Of a stretch of 64,000 nucleotides of DNA, positions 52,374-64,000 are shown in pieces. Position 1 is the stretch's first letter; each line of letters begins with the position of its first letter. Position numbers and translations under genes: made by a program. The notes below the pieces were generated by a model. It saw only the letters and a list, made by a program, of their open reading frames with translations. It did no database searches and had not been told where the DNA came from. Origin of the DNA: Tubiluchus corallicola (taxonomy: Eukaryota; Animalia; Priapulida). The stretch is from contig JAQGDQ010000845.1 of the NCBI GenBank assembly GCA_030141605.1, positions 1 to 64,000 on the forward strand. Direction: 5' to 3'.

Positions 52374-52679
52374 CTGTCGTGAAAAAAAACAATAGCATTA
52401 GAATTATACAGATGTCTTAGAAAAATAGGCACTTAATAAGTGGCACTAATCCATACACTACTCAGGTCTAAGATTATTCGAACGAATAGATTCAGTTGAT
52501 TCTAACAGATTTGGCATCCATTATAATAAACTTATTGAAAATATGAATGAAACACGGATTATATTTGGGGACTGCTTCAAATGTGGATTAAAACGCACAC
52601 ATAGGGTACATCTAGCGGGCTGCTGATTTGTTACATAAGATGTAGTGAGTAAGAAGAAGACGCCACCTGGAGTGTTTAC

Positions 52680-52876
52680 CTTGAATCGTTTCAAACCAGG
52701 AGTGTCTGGCAGGTTCTTTCTCTTTGAATGCATCTGATCAAGGTGTCTCTGCAGCATGGAAGTCCTATAACTTCCTCCTTTATCTTGCAGAACACCTGTC
52801 TTGCAACAAAGGTGTCCACATGCTAGCTTCTTAGCACACCTGTGAGCGCACTGTCGACCGCAATTAACGTCTATAC
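52680..52876 (-). CDS. HFM1: HFM1 zinc-finger exon (CAHRCAKKLACGHLCCKTGV)
   Basis: CxHxCxxKxxCGHxCCKxG is the Mer3/HFM1 C-terminal zinc motif. Confidence 0.93.
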
Positions 52877-53134
52877 CTGTGTGAAATAAGATGAAATCTC
52901 TTTGTACAAACACATTTCACCTGCATAAGAAAGTGAGAACTACAAGAAATCAAAAAGAGTTATTAAAAGACAAAATTTTCATTTCACAATAAATTTTTCA
53001 CTGCTACCCGCTTTTATCACAATCCTTTTATGACTAATACACTTGGTAACCATCCAACTTTTGGCAGCTAACTTTTTTTGCCTCTTCATTTCTAAGTTTA
53101 AAAAAATTACCTATTATTAATATGACAAACAAAT

Positions 53135-53555
53135 GCACTCGTATCTCGGTTTGCCGGACAAACGCGAGGAAACGTCGGTCCGACTTTCTCGATTGTCCGT
53201 ATTTACCGATACTAAACTAATACAATAGCAGCTGTGCATTAGACTCATGGTAATGTAGAATCAATCGCCTAAAAAACGTCTAGTACGGGCAGCTACTATG
53301 CAAAAGTATATAAAAACTGACGGCAATTAACTTAAATAACTCCGCATAATTGACTCTATATTTTTATATTCAGAGATATGCACGTGGTTACACTGATGTA
53401 ATGATGTAAACAAAGTGACGGCCTAGCAACTGTAGGTCAGCTCAAGAAACAACGGGCTATGTCCGTAGTATACAGGCCTTTTTAATGGTCCAGATATTGT
53501 CCGATTCGTCCGATGTCCATAACAGCAAGGTGCGGCAAACCGAGACATGAGTTTA
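53135..53555. mobile_element. MITE with CACTCRTATCTCGGTTTGCC TIRs, copy 1
   Basis: Inverted termini; relatives at 55605-56031 and about 57690-57797. Confidence 0.65.
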
Positions 53556-54043
53556 TATTGTAACGAAACCAGGTGGCGCTGATACGCATTGTCCATGTGA
53601 ATTTACAGAAAATCATCAGACAAATGCACAGGAACAGCAAAAATTTGATTATAAACTGCCAGATTGCTCTTCCCGCATCCTCCATGCCAGTGGAACAGGT
53701 GCTGAGATGATAAAAAGCAGCTACCAGACAACCCAGCGTACTAATAGAGGCCAGTATGTAATGGCTTCACAATGGACAGAACTATTACAGTGCAGGGGTG
53801 GGGATGTAAGCGAATGGCATTTTGCCGTCGTTACAATATAATAGCCATCAGATAGTTTTGGTGTGTATTGTGAAGTAACTATACAAGCGCAACGGTCTCC
53901 ATCATTGTTCCGTGAAAGTTTAAAAATTCTAAATGTCGTTTGATTTAATAAAAAGCACCAGGAAGGAAAGAAATACAGCAAAATACACTTAGGAAGGCAC
54001 ACTGGACAAAAGAATTGTTTTACTATTACAAAATATCCATTAA

Positions 54044-55144
54044 AGGAAAAGCACACCCAATGTCAAACTATAGCTCAAAATAATCTACTTTGTAAACTAG
54101 TGGAAGAGAACGTACTATTACTTTCAAAAATGGCTTACGTGAAAGAACCACAAAAATGTAATTTTGTATTTGCACGGCTAGTTCTTCATTATTGTACGCA
54201 TTTCGCTATTTGCTAGTTAGATGGGCAGTAACGCCTGCTTCTCGGTAATGTGTTGTACAAAAAACAGGTGCTGTACCTCTCAGTTCAAAGGTGTTCAGTT
54301 GTGATGTATGGACAAACGAATTGTTTTTCTATTACAAAATATCCATTAAAGGAAAAGCACACCCAATGTCAAAACTATCTACTCTGTAAACTAGTGGAAG
54401 AGAACATACTATTTCTTTCAAAAATAACTTACGTGAAAGAACCACAAAAATGTAACTTTGTACAAAAAACAGGTGCTGTACCTCTCAGTTCAAAGGTGTT
54501 CAGTTGTGATGTATGGACAAACGAATTGTTTTACTATTACAAAATATCCATTAAAGGAAAAGCAGACCCAATGTCAAAACTATCTACTCTGTAAACTAGT
54601 GGAAGAGAACATACTATTCTTTCAAAAATGACTTACGTGAAAGAACCAGAAAAATGTAATTTTGCATTTGCACGGCTAGTTCTTCATTATTGTACGCATT
54701 TCGTTATTTGCTAGTTAGATGGGCAGTAACGCCTGCTTCTCGGTAATGCGTTGCACAAAAAACAGGCGCTGCACCTCTAAGTTCAAAGGTGTTCAGTTGT
54801 GATGTAGTGCACACGTTTGGGAGCTCATGCGTGAGCACAGCGATAAACTTGAAATTTAAATTTTTAAACTTAAAATTTGCCAGTTTTAGTACAACACACG
54901 GAATATCTTACAGCAGCACCGAACTCCAATTTTCGCTTTCGCAAACACGTGCAACACACTCGCGGAATGTTTGTGTTTTTGAAAGTTGCGTTAGTTTGTG
55001 ATGTCATCAAAAGTAGGGCTTGCTCGCTGTTAGTTAAGATTTTAATCTACTAATTAATTATTAGAAAGGTTTTATAGGTGTTCAAATTTATATTTTTTTA
55101 CGATACTTCAAGGAGTAGAATATGAAAAATCATCTTGCTTTCCA
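54044..55144. mobile_element. Kolobok-like element with internal and terminal tandem duplications
   Basis: TTAA-AGGAAAA start repeated at 54040, about 54346 and 54551; blocks shared with 12540-13330. Confidence 0.5.
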
Positions 55145-55337
55145 TTAACTAAATGCATTTAAACTTCAAAAATCTTCAGATTGAATTGCTGATACCGAAA
55201 TATGAATTTGTAATAATAACATTTAGCAAATGCTTCCATAAACATTATTGTTCAATTCTTCTGCGATAAATGCTTTAAAAACAAACAGAGTGTGGTCAAC
55301 ATTAAAATCTGCCAATGACCAGATGATGACCACTTAC

Positions 55338-55422
55338 CTGGCGGTAGAAAAGAGAAAGGTAGTTGATCCGGTTCTGACATGTATTTGGTGGTGCTGCCAC
55401 CTGGAGGTTGAGCGCAAGCCAT
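55338..55422 (-). CDS. HFM1: HFM1 exon (MACAQPPGGSTTKYMSEPDQLPFSFLPP)
   Basis: tttcag and GTAAGT sites; phase 0 to 1 bridges the flanking exons. Confidence 0.75.
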
Positions 55423-55604
55423 CTGAAAGTTATAGAACCAAATCAAACATTAAAGCATTCAGCAAAGGGCTGCAAAGTTACGCCATACAAAAGAAAGTTA
55501 CAATACTACCGGTTTAAGTACTAGCAAGGCGCCATCTATGGCCATTTCTGGAAAACTACAAACATGTGTTCTTTGTTCAAGTTATTATGGATGCGGTTTA
55601 ACAT

Positions 55605-56031
55605 ACACTCATATCTCGGTTTGCCGGACCTCGCTTTTACAGATATTGAAAAATTCGGACAAAATCTGGTCAGTAGAGTCCCCTATGCTAAGGACACAGT
55701 CCTTTGTTTCACGAGCTGACCGCTAGTTGGCAGGACATCACTTTGTTTACAATATTAAAAATCAGTGTTACCACGTGTATATCTCTATGTATAAAAATAT
55801 AGAGTCAATTATGCAGAGTTATTCGAGTCAACTACCGGCAGTTTTTGTAAACTTCTGCATAGGAGAGGCCCGTACTAGACGTTTTTGAGACAATTAGGCG
55901 ATTGATTCTACATCACCGTGAGTCTAATACACGGCGCCTACTGTATTAGCTTAGTGTCGGTCAATACGGACAATCGGCAAGTTTGGACTGACGTCTCCCC
56001 ACTTTTGTCAGGCAAACAGAGATATGAGTGC
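55605..56031. mobile_element. MITE with CACTCATATCTCGGTTTGCC TIRs, copy 2
   Basis: Inverted termini; interior is the reverse complement of 53135-53450. Confidence 0.7.
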
Positions 56032-56200
56032 ATCCACGAACTTACAATACCTATCACTAGTCCCCAAAAAGTAAAGCGCAGCTCACACACACATGCAATA
56101 GGATCATGTGTGTATTCTTTGAATAATATCATCAAATGTTAGCAACGGTACAATGCATTTTCATTTAAGACATATTGTCTAAGGCGTTTAATAAAAACAA

Positions 56201-56363
<163 letters not shown>

Positions 56364-56809
56364 AGACTGTTGTAGACTGGCTCACTCTGGTGGTTGAAAT
56401 AAACAATATGAAATTGTCTTGCACTGTGAAAGACTTTATTTCTATTTACATATTAAACTATTATTTACAAGAAAGAAGACACATGATGACCACTCAACAG
56501 CAATGGTCAAGAAAGGAAAAACTCGAGCTGACCTTGGCACGGCTACCCAAGTCACATGCGACCACTGAGCTTACCTGATTGACTGTAAAACACACTAGTA
56601 ATCAACACTACCATATATGGGAAGCCCAGCAGGTACAGGTGACTGAGCAGCACTGACCAGGGCCACAAGCTGGATTAAACTTCACTCAGTTCAATAATAA
56701 ATAATTTTAAATTCAGATGGCAGCACATATTCAATGATTATTGTAGTACATTACATTCAGAATTGCAAATGAAATTGTAAGTTACAACCAGGAAACAGAA
56801 AAACGATAC

Positions 56810-56898
56810 CTGATTTCTTCGAGAATAAACATCGTTTATTCCAGCCACCTGGGTCTGCGTATAAAAAGGAGTAAAGTTCATACGGATGTCCAAACCAA
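56810..56898 (-). CDS. HFM1: HFM1 exon (VGLDIRMNFTPFYTQ...)
   Basis: VGLD motif ending the Sec63 domain; phase 1 to 0. Confidence 0.9.
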
Positions 56899-56954
56899 CT
56901 AAAAGAAGAGAGGATTACTATTAACATTTATATATATATATATATCTGTATATA

Positions 56955-57074
56955 GGGTACGGCCAAATCACGTTGAAAACACCGGTTCTCATCTGATCAC
57001 CGAAGTTAAGCAACATAGAGCCTGGTTAGTACTTGGATGGGTGACCGCCTAGGAATACCAGGTGCTGTAGGCTT
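56955..57074 (+). rRNA. 5S rRNA-like sequence (SINE head)
   Basis: 120 nt closely matching invertebrate 5S, including the internal control region; ends in only TT. Confidence 0.75.
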
Positions 57075-57474
57075 GCGGGATGCCTACACTGTATCTTGAC
57101 ACTAGGCAGAGGAGCTGTACAACAGCCAACGGCTAGAGGGCGGAGGAGGTCAAGTGACACAATGGCCATGTGTAGAGGAGTAAACCTTCCAAATCAGGAG
57201 TGGAGCCCCTCACTGACTCCGGCAGCTCCTGCAGCGAACCTGGTGCCAAACGTATCGCTCCACTTTCCTTTGGACTACACCAGGGAGGAAGAGAGGGGGT
57301 TCCTGTTGTCTGGGCAACTCAGAATCTCATACACCTTGCCCAGGCTTGCGCCTTGGAGACGTTCAAGGATCGCACTGCTCAGCCACAGTCGATGCTGCAG
57401 CTCCATCAATGTGATCAATAACTGACTCTCTTGGCGCACACTCCATTGTCTTCCGAGACAGAAGGATGCCAACC
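56955..57474 (+). mobile_element. 5S rRNA-derived SINE (SINE3), copy 2
   Basis: Same structure as copy 1 with an internal deletion of about 25 bp; 13-bp TSD ATATCTGTATATA at 56942 and 57475. Confidence 0.9.
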
Positions 57475-58454
57475 ATATCTGTATATATAACAGATGAAGC
57501 TACAGCTCCAACGATGGCACCATTCTAGATGATCTATACATCAAACGAACGGTCGTGACTCACAGATTTGTCATAGGGGGTTTATTTTTCAAATTGGACC
57601 CTTCTTTGACCATTTCAAATTGGGCCCTTCTTTGACCATTTTTTGCAAAACCTATACCTCCTATTTCTAGAAAATAGGTCAGCTCACGAAATAACGCACT
57701 GTATCTGTAGCATGCGGGACTTTCTACGGACCAGATTTTGTACGAATTTTTCATATATCTGTAAAGGCGAGGCCTGGCAAAGCGAGATATGAGCGTAGTA
57801 CTAAAAACAAAAAAAGAAAATTCGAAAATAAGTAAAATATTTTTGTTTTTTTTTTGCTCGTTTGTTTTTATTTGCTGTGATGCAAAATTACTGATAAAAA
57901 GCACAAGAATGTTTTATAGTATAGAACCTTGAGTTTGATGGAGTGGCTTTCATTAGAAAAATTAATGCGTTACAATGTTTTTGGATTTAAGTATTCTTAA
58001 TGATAAATGTTTAAAGATCATAATGCTACATTAAAATAAACAAACTTTATCTTTCAGGTGTTTCATTGCCTATATTTTAACCAAATATTTTGCTCAAATT
58101 ATAAAATTAAAAACAATTTTGCTCAAATAAATTCAAAAATGCTTTGATATTTCGGTTGATTGAGCCTGGAGTCCCTAAAATTTCAGTGGTCAGCACTGAA
58201 GATACGCCGCATTGCCGGTAAAAGCACATAAAACTAACGAAATTTTCGCTTTATTTTAACTATTTTCGTTAAGATTTTTCAGCAATTTTTGACATATAAC
58301 AGAAAAGAAAAGGTAAAAATACCAGTAAAACCTCGGGAAAATGCTGCGGAAAATTATCGGAGATTTCGGCTACAAAGTTTAATAAATTTCGGCAAACCGA
58401 AATGAAAATTTCGTTTCCGTAACACCGCTGATGCCTAAAAGCAAGTTTTCTCAC

Positions 58455-58558
58455 CCCACTCCTCACTCAAATAGTAAATAGTGAGTTCATCAGATGCTAA
58501 CGACCTGTTGACTTCAATATTCTTTGTCCAGGAACCTGTATTTATCAGCATTCGGTCT
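58455..58558 (-). CDS. HFM1: HFM1 exon (DRMLINTGSWTKNIEVNRSLASDELTIYYLSEEW)
   Basis: Matches the HFM1 Sec63 region GSWxKxIxVxR; phase 2 to 1. Confidence 0.92.
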
Positions 58559-58642
58559 CTGTAACAACGGAAAACGTAAAAGCTAAGTATTATTTAGAGA
58601 GATTTGATGTGTATATTAAACTTGCTAAATACGATTAAGCTA

Positions 58643-59608
58643 CGGTAAGACCTCGCTTGACGACGCTAATGCGTTCCAGCAAAATGTGATGTTAAGTGAA
58701 ACGTTGTTGAACGAAACCAAGACTTTTGCAGAAAGTAATGTAAAAGAACTGAGATATGTTTCAGAAAAACTGCAGATATTATTTCAACTCGTTTCTTTGA
58801 ATCTGAATTTAATCTTGAATTTGATCCATTAAACTAAAATGTTTGATTTAACCTCTTACTTGCTTAAAATATTTGAATTGTTTTATGATAATGTAATTTT
58901 GTTTCGGACATGGTCCAGGGATAATACCTTAAGTACATTAAGTCCTCGCTTAGCGACGCTAATGCGTTCCAGCAAAACGCGACGTTAAGTGAAGCGTCGT
59001 TAAACGAGACAAAAACTTCCATAGAAAGTAATGTAAAAGAACTGAGATACGTTTCAGAGGCAAAAATCAATGTTGCTTAAACCATACAAATTAAACGTTC
59101 TACGAGTTTTATTCATAATTTTACTGATTAATGCCTTCCTGTTTACCTGAACCACCTCTATATTTTGCTTACCAATACCTAAGCCACAGCTGAATCAAAG
59201 CCAAGCCCTGGGGCAATATTGGGAATTTTATTAACATACCTACATTTAGTCTGGTTGCTATAGCAACCAGATTGCAGGCAAAATTCTGTGCATAAAGTTT
59301 GCTCGCTGGACACTTGATAGTTTTACTAGTGATAGCATCAGTAGTCAGTCGGGAAGCAAACATGTATGATAATTGCACTGTTTGCGTTACTACGGCATTT
59401 TTAGAACAGAATAATGCAATACGTTCTGTTTTAATGCATCAAATTAGTTAAAAATGTTGTTAATAAAATAAAAATTTTCTGTGAGCAAAGTAAAAAAAAC
59501 GTCATTAAAGCGAAACGTGCGTCGTTAAGTAAGGCAAAGATGTCAAATGATCACCATCATTAAAACGAAACGTTGTTAAACTAGGAGTCGTTAAGCAAGG
59601 ACATACTG
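58643..59608. mobile_element. Tc1/pogo-like non-autonomous element
   Basis: TA-CGGTAAGACCTCGCTTGACGAC...GTCGTTAAGCAAGGACATACTG-TA; partial inverted copy at about 62640-63325. Confidence 0.65.
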
Positions 59609-60126
59609 TACGCTTGACCCACCATTTTAATGAAATTTAAGAAAGATCAACTGTTAAATAGTATTCTTTAACAGTAGCAGCTAATGTCGCAAATATAATT
59701 AATATTCACTTACAGGGTGTGACAAATAGCTGAGTCTTCACAACATGTGCTTAGAAATCAAACTCAGGCAATGCTCAGCCTGGTCAGTAAATCAATGGGT
59801 GTACGGTACGGTAGGCTCAATACCCGTTTTTGCGGTTTCGTTATATCCATACTGATTGAAATTGCTTTTGTCTGTTGAGCCAAAGATACAGTTACATCCA
59901 AGCATGGTCAAAACACCACTCTCAGTTCAGTGCCTCATGCTAAGTAATAGGTCTTGGATTTCTGCACCATATTTACAATGTGATAAAGCTCAATATTCAA
60001 ATAATTGTAAGATATGTAAACTTCTTTTATACATGTTATCATAGCGGTAATATATTCAATATTTTAAAGAGTAGATTGTTTAAGATTGGGTCCGGTTTTA
60101 CTTTAACTCTTTACAGGACCAATTAC

Positions 60127-60284
60127 CTGACTTTCTGCTTGAAAACGACGCTGTTATCTGCATCGCCGACGATCAAAATGCAGGTGTGTGCTAGTCCGGC
60201 CGTACTCTTCTTCTTTATCATTTCCCAGTTAGTCAAGTTCACGGTTACCGTGATCTCAGCTTGCTTGTTCTTGTACCTCATCGC
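60127..60284 (-). CDS. HFM1: HFM1 exon (AMRYKNKQAEITVTVNLTNWEMIKKKSTAGLAHTCILIVGDADNSVVFKQKV)
   Basis: Matches HFM1 Sec63 domain AEIxVTV...LIIGDADN. Confidence 0.94.
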
Positions 60285-60696
60285 CTGCGAAATAGATTGA
60301 AATTTCATGTGTGCTGATCAAACCTGTCTTTAACTCCTTCTATATGCTACATTTTGCATGGCTTCATGAAAAACTGCTCTTATAAAGCAGAGATTATATT
60401 ATATTTGATAATTTTTGTAGGTTTCTACACCCAACACAATGGATTTTCATGCAAAATTATATATGAGATGCATTTGCTTATCCAGACAAATTAAAAACCG
60501 ATTTTTGATGAAAAAAATTGAAAAAAGCTTTCAGTAACTGCAGTGTTTGCACTGTAACAATGTACAGTATCACTTGTGTGAAATCAGCTAATGCAGAAAA
60601 TTTCAACTATCCAGACACAACACTCCGATAAACTTTGGCATCAAATCTACTCTATTTCTAAGGTAAAATTCATGTTAAAAGACGAAACTTTTCTGC

Positions 60697-61462
60697 TACT
60701 GTATGAGCACAGACATAACTAAATGATTACATATTAGGTACTGTATGAGCACAGACATAACTAAATGATTACATATTAGGTACTGTATGAGCACAGACAT
60801 AACTAAATGATTACATATTAGGTACTGTATGAGCACAGACATAACTAAATGATTACATATTAGGTACTGTATGAGCACAGACATAACTAAATGATTACGT
60901 ATTAGGTACTGTATTGTATGAGCACAGACATAACTAAATGATTACATATTAGGTACTGTATGAGCACAGACATAACTAAAAGATTACATATTAGGTACTG
61001 TACGAGCACAGACATAACTAAATGATTACGTATTAGGTACTGTATGAGCACAGACATAACTAAATGATTACGTATTAGGTACTGTATGAGCACAGGCATA
61101 ACTAAAAGATTACATATTAGGTACTGTATGAGCACAGACATAACTAAATGATTACATATTAGGTACTGTATGAGCACAGACGTAACTAAATGATTACGTA
61201 TTAGGTACTGTATGAGCACAGACATAACTAAATGATTACATATTAGGTACTGTATGAGCACAGACATAAGTAAATGATTACATATTAGGTACTGTATGAG
61301 CACAGACGTAACTAAATGATTACATATTAGGTACTGTATGAGCACAGACGTAACTAAATGATTACATATTAGGTACTGTATGAGCACAGACGTAACTAAA
61401 TGATTACATATTAGGTACTGTATGAGCACAGACATAACTAAATGATTACATATTAGGTACTG
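60697..61462. repeat. 42-bp tandem repeat, about 18 copies
   Basis: TACTGTATGAGCACAGACATAACTAAATGATTACATATTAGG. Confidence 0.97.
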
Positions 61463-61572
61463 TTCTATTCAGGAGAATCTCTGCTATTTTGAAAGATTTC
61501 AACATCTATCAACTTGATTTCAGCTGATGAAGTCTATGAGGCATGAATCTCTATACTTCATATAGCCTAGAC

Positions 61573-62053
61573 CAGGGGTGTGCAAATTGCGGCCCGCCGA
61601 GAGAATTTGTGTGGCCCGCGAAGAGATTTGTCCATGTAATGAAAGTGCGGCCCGGGCGATTAATTGAGTGTATCCAGCTGAAGTCCGTGCCATGATCCCA
61701 AAGACAGTGCGGGTAGTTTTTTCTACTAGATCGGATGCCATTAACCCTTACAAGACGGTTGTAGCTTAATGTCACTGTACTACACAGACTGTGTGATACA
61801 CATTACTAATATGCATTGTAATGAAATTACCACTATCAGTCCTGAAAGTAGAAATATATGGTTTGTAATATAAATTTTAATAACTTCTAAAATAGTTTCT
61901 TGAGTGTAGTTGTAATGATGTACGCAGGTCGGATGCAAAAAATCGTTATTAGGCCTTTTTGTACTTGGCTCCTTGACCAAACTGCCTGTGGCCCGCAGGA
62001 ATTGCGGGAAAGTTTAATGTGGCCCGGCTAGTCAGATAATTTGCACACCCCTG
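61573..62053. mobile_element. hAT (Charlie-like) non-autonomous element, copy 2
   Basis: CAGGGGTGTGCAAATT TIRs; TSD GCCTAGAC / GCCTAGAT. Confidence 0.92.
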
Positions 62054-62154
62054 GCCTAGATCTTTTAAGACCTAGATCTATCGCAGCTATAGATCTTGAC
62101 ATAGTTGTGATAAAACTTGATTGAAGTTGAGCAACTGAGCACTGAGGTACCCAC

Positions 62155-62238
62155 CTGATTAACTTTAAGCTCGTAAACAGGCAGCAAAGAAACAGCATCT
62201 TTGATCGAGTTTCCAAATGGAGGATTTCTATTCACTAT
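62155..62238 (-). CDS. HFM1: HFM1 exon (IVNRNPPFGNSIKDAVSLLPVYELKVNQ)
   Basis: NRxPPFG motif of Mer3/HFM1; phase 0 to 0. Confidence 0.95.
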
Positions 62239-63364
62239 CTATAACAGAAAATATAATAGTGATATATTTCTTGCAGGTAACAGGTCACAGGTCACATATT
62301 AGTCTTGTTTTATGACTAACTCCTTCAGGACCGTAACCGTTTGCTGCATTTTGCACTAAGCAGCAATTACGTTATATTTCATCATTTTTGTAAGTTTCTA
62401 CTCCTCACACAATGGATTTTCACTGTGTTAAGTACTTTTGTACAAATTGTTTTTATTTTTGGAAAACAATTGCTTAACTCCTTCAGGGGCGGAAGCGTTT
62501 GCTGCATTTTGCATGGGTTCATGAAAAACTGCTCTCACTAAGCAGCGATTAGGTTATATTTAATAATTTTTGTAAGTTTTTACTCCTCACACGATGGATT
62601 TTCATGCAAAATTATATATGAGAGGCTTCCATAGGTCCATCTCAGTGGTAGCTTGGTAAAATGGCACATATTGCATTATTCTGTTTTAAAAGTGCATTAG
62701 TAACACAAACAGTGCAATTATTATACATGTTTTTGCTTCACGACTGACTACTATACTAGCTGCCATTTCTATCAAACGAGACCCATGAACAAACTTTATG
62801 AACAAGCACTTCTACCTGCAACCTGTTACTATAGCAACCAGGCTAAATTGTAAATGATATAGCGCTCTGCTATGGTAAAATTTCCAAGGTCGCCTCATGC
62901 TTGGCTTTGACTCTGCAGTGTTTATTGTTTAATGGCTGCCTAGGTTTAAACCTTAATGAAAGAGAAACCACTAGCTAGGTACATATAGACTAGTAGAAAC
63001 CATAAAGAAACTCATAAAATGTTTATTTTATATGATTTAAGCAGCATTGATTTTTGCCTCTCGAACATATCTCAATTCCTTTACATTACTTTCTATGGAA
63101 GTTTTGGTCTCGTTTAACGATATTTCACTTAACGTCGCATTTTGCTGGAACGTATTAGCGTCGCTAAGCGAGGACTTAATGTACTTAAGGTATTATCCCT
63201 GGACCATGTCCTAAACAAAATTATTACATTATCATAAAACAATTCAAATATTTTAAGCAAATAAGAGGTTAAATCAAACATTTTAGTTTAATGGATGAAA
63301 TTCAGATTAAATTCAGATTCAAAGAAATAATATCTTATCGTATCTAGTAAGAAATCCAACTTAC

Positions 63365-63450
63365 CATTTCCAGTTCTCGGGGATTTGTCTGCGCAATTTT
63401 ACCAAAGTCCGTCAGCCCCGCTGCTACAAACTGTCCAGCAAGTTTTGGCC
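63365..63450 (-). CDS. HFM1: HFM1 exon (GPKLAGQFVAAGLTDFGKIAQTNPRELEM); gene continues beyond the window
   Basis: Sec63 HLH region AGLTxF..I....RELE; canonical splice sites. Confidence 0.93.
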
Positions 63451-64000
63451 CTAAATAAACGAGTTTTCCAGCAAAAAATAATTTATTAATCAGGGCCACC
63501 TTAACAGGTCCTAAACAGGGCACTGGGTCTCCTACCTACACGGCCACTCACAGAAATAAAAATGTAAATAGTTGATCAAATGAATGTATTTATTATATTG
63601 GTAACTCCAACAAAATCAGTGTTTAAACATTAAAAAACCGCAAAGATTAATCAATACAGACGTTTGAGCCCTGAGAAACACAAATATTTCAATTTATAAA
63701 TGACAGTCAATTGGTACAGACAGACAGAGACAGTACAGTATGAAATTAACATGAATTATCGTATATCTTAACTTTGCTGGTATATATATATGTGTGTATC
63801 TTGTATATATATAATAGATTCGAGGCTACAGCTCCGACGGCGGCACCATTTGTGGCGATCTATACATCAAACGAAAGGTCTCGATCTAGTGTCGTGCCAT
63901 TGGGGGTTTATTTTTTTAATCGGGCCCACTGGGCGGAACGGGGGCCGAAAAACCTCCAAAATTGGCCATTTTTCGGCCGTTTTTGCAAAACTTATACCTC

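Noticed and set aside
56955-57074. Functional 5S rRNA gene
   Set aside because: No oligo-T terminator, substitutions in stems, fused to a shared body and flanked by TSDs; treated as a SINE head.
60696-61435. Repetitive MSVLIQYLICNHLV ORFs
   Set aside because: 42-bp (3n) tandem repeat inside an HFM1 intron.
61520-61560. CTGATGA hammerhead-like box
   Set aside because: No properly placed GAAA and no stems I or III.

Overview
AT-rich, repeat-dense animal genomic DNA with spliceosomal introns. The troponin I and 5S sequences look protostome/lophotrochozoan; the species was not identified. Hand-splicing recovers four genes. (1) A + strand troponin I gene (CDS 4752-23585): 8 coding exons are visible and one more is probably hidden in the 784-N gap. 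(2) The 3' half of a - strand HFM1/MER3 meiotic helicase gene: 12 phase-consistent exons from 63450 to 44873, plus a probable terminal exon at 29784-29850. (3, 4) Two carbohydrate sulfotransferases (Sulfotransfer_2, CHST8-14-like; 38315-39316 and 41828-42775, + strand) with intronless CDSs, apparently nested antisense inside HFM1 introns. The second has lost both key PAPS-binding residues. The rest is transposon debris and more than 20 unrelated tandem arrays, several clearly born inside transposon sequence. The most notable non-coding items are a twister ribozyme at the 5' end of a bipartite non-autonomous RTE retroelement, minimal hammerhead motifs in Penelope-like remnants, and two TSD-flanked copies of a 5S-rRNA-headed SINE. 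All calls are by eye; no database search was run.
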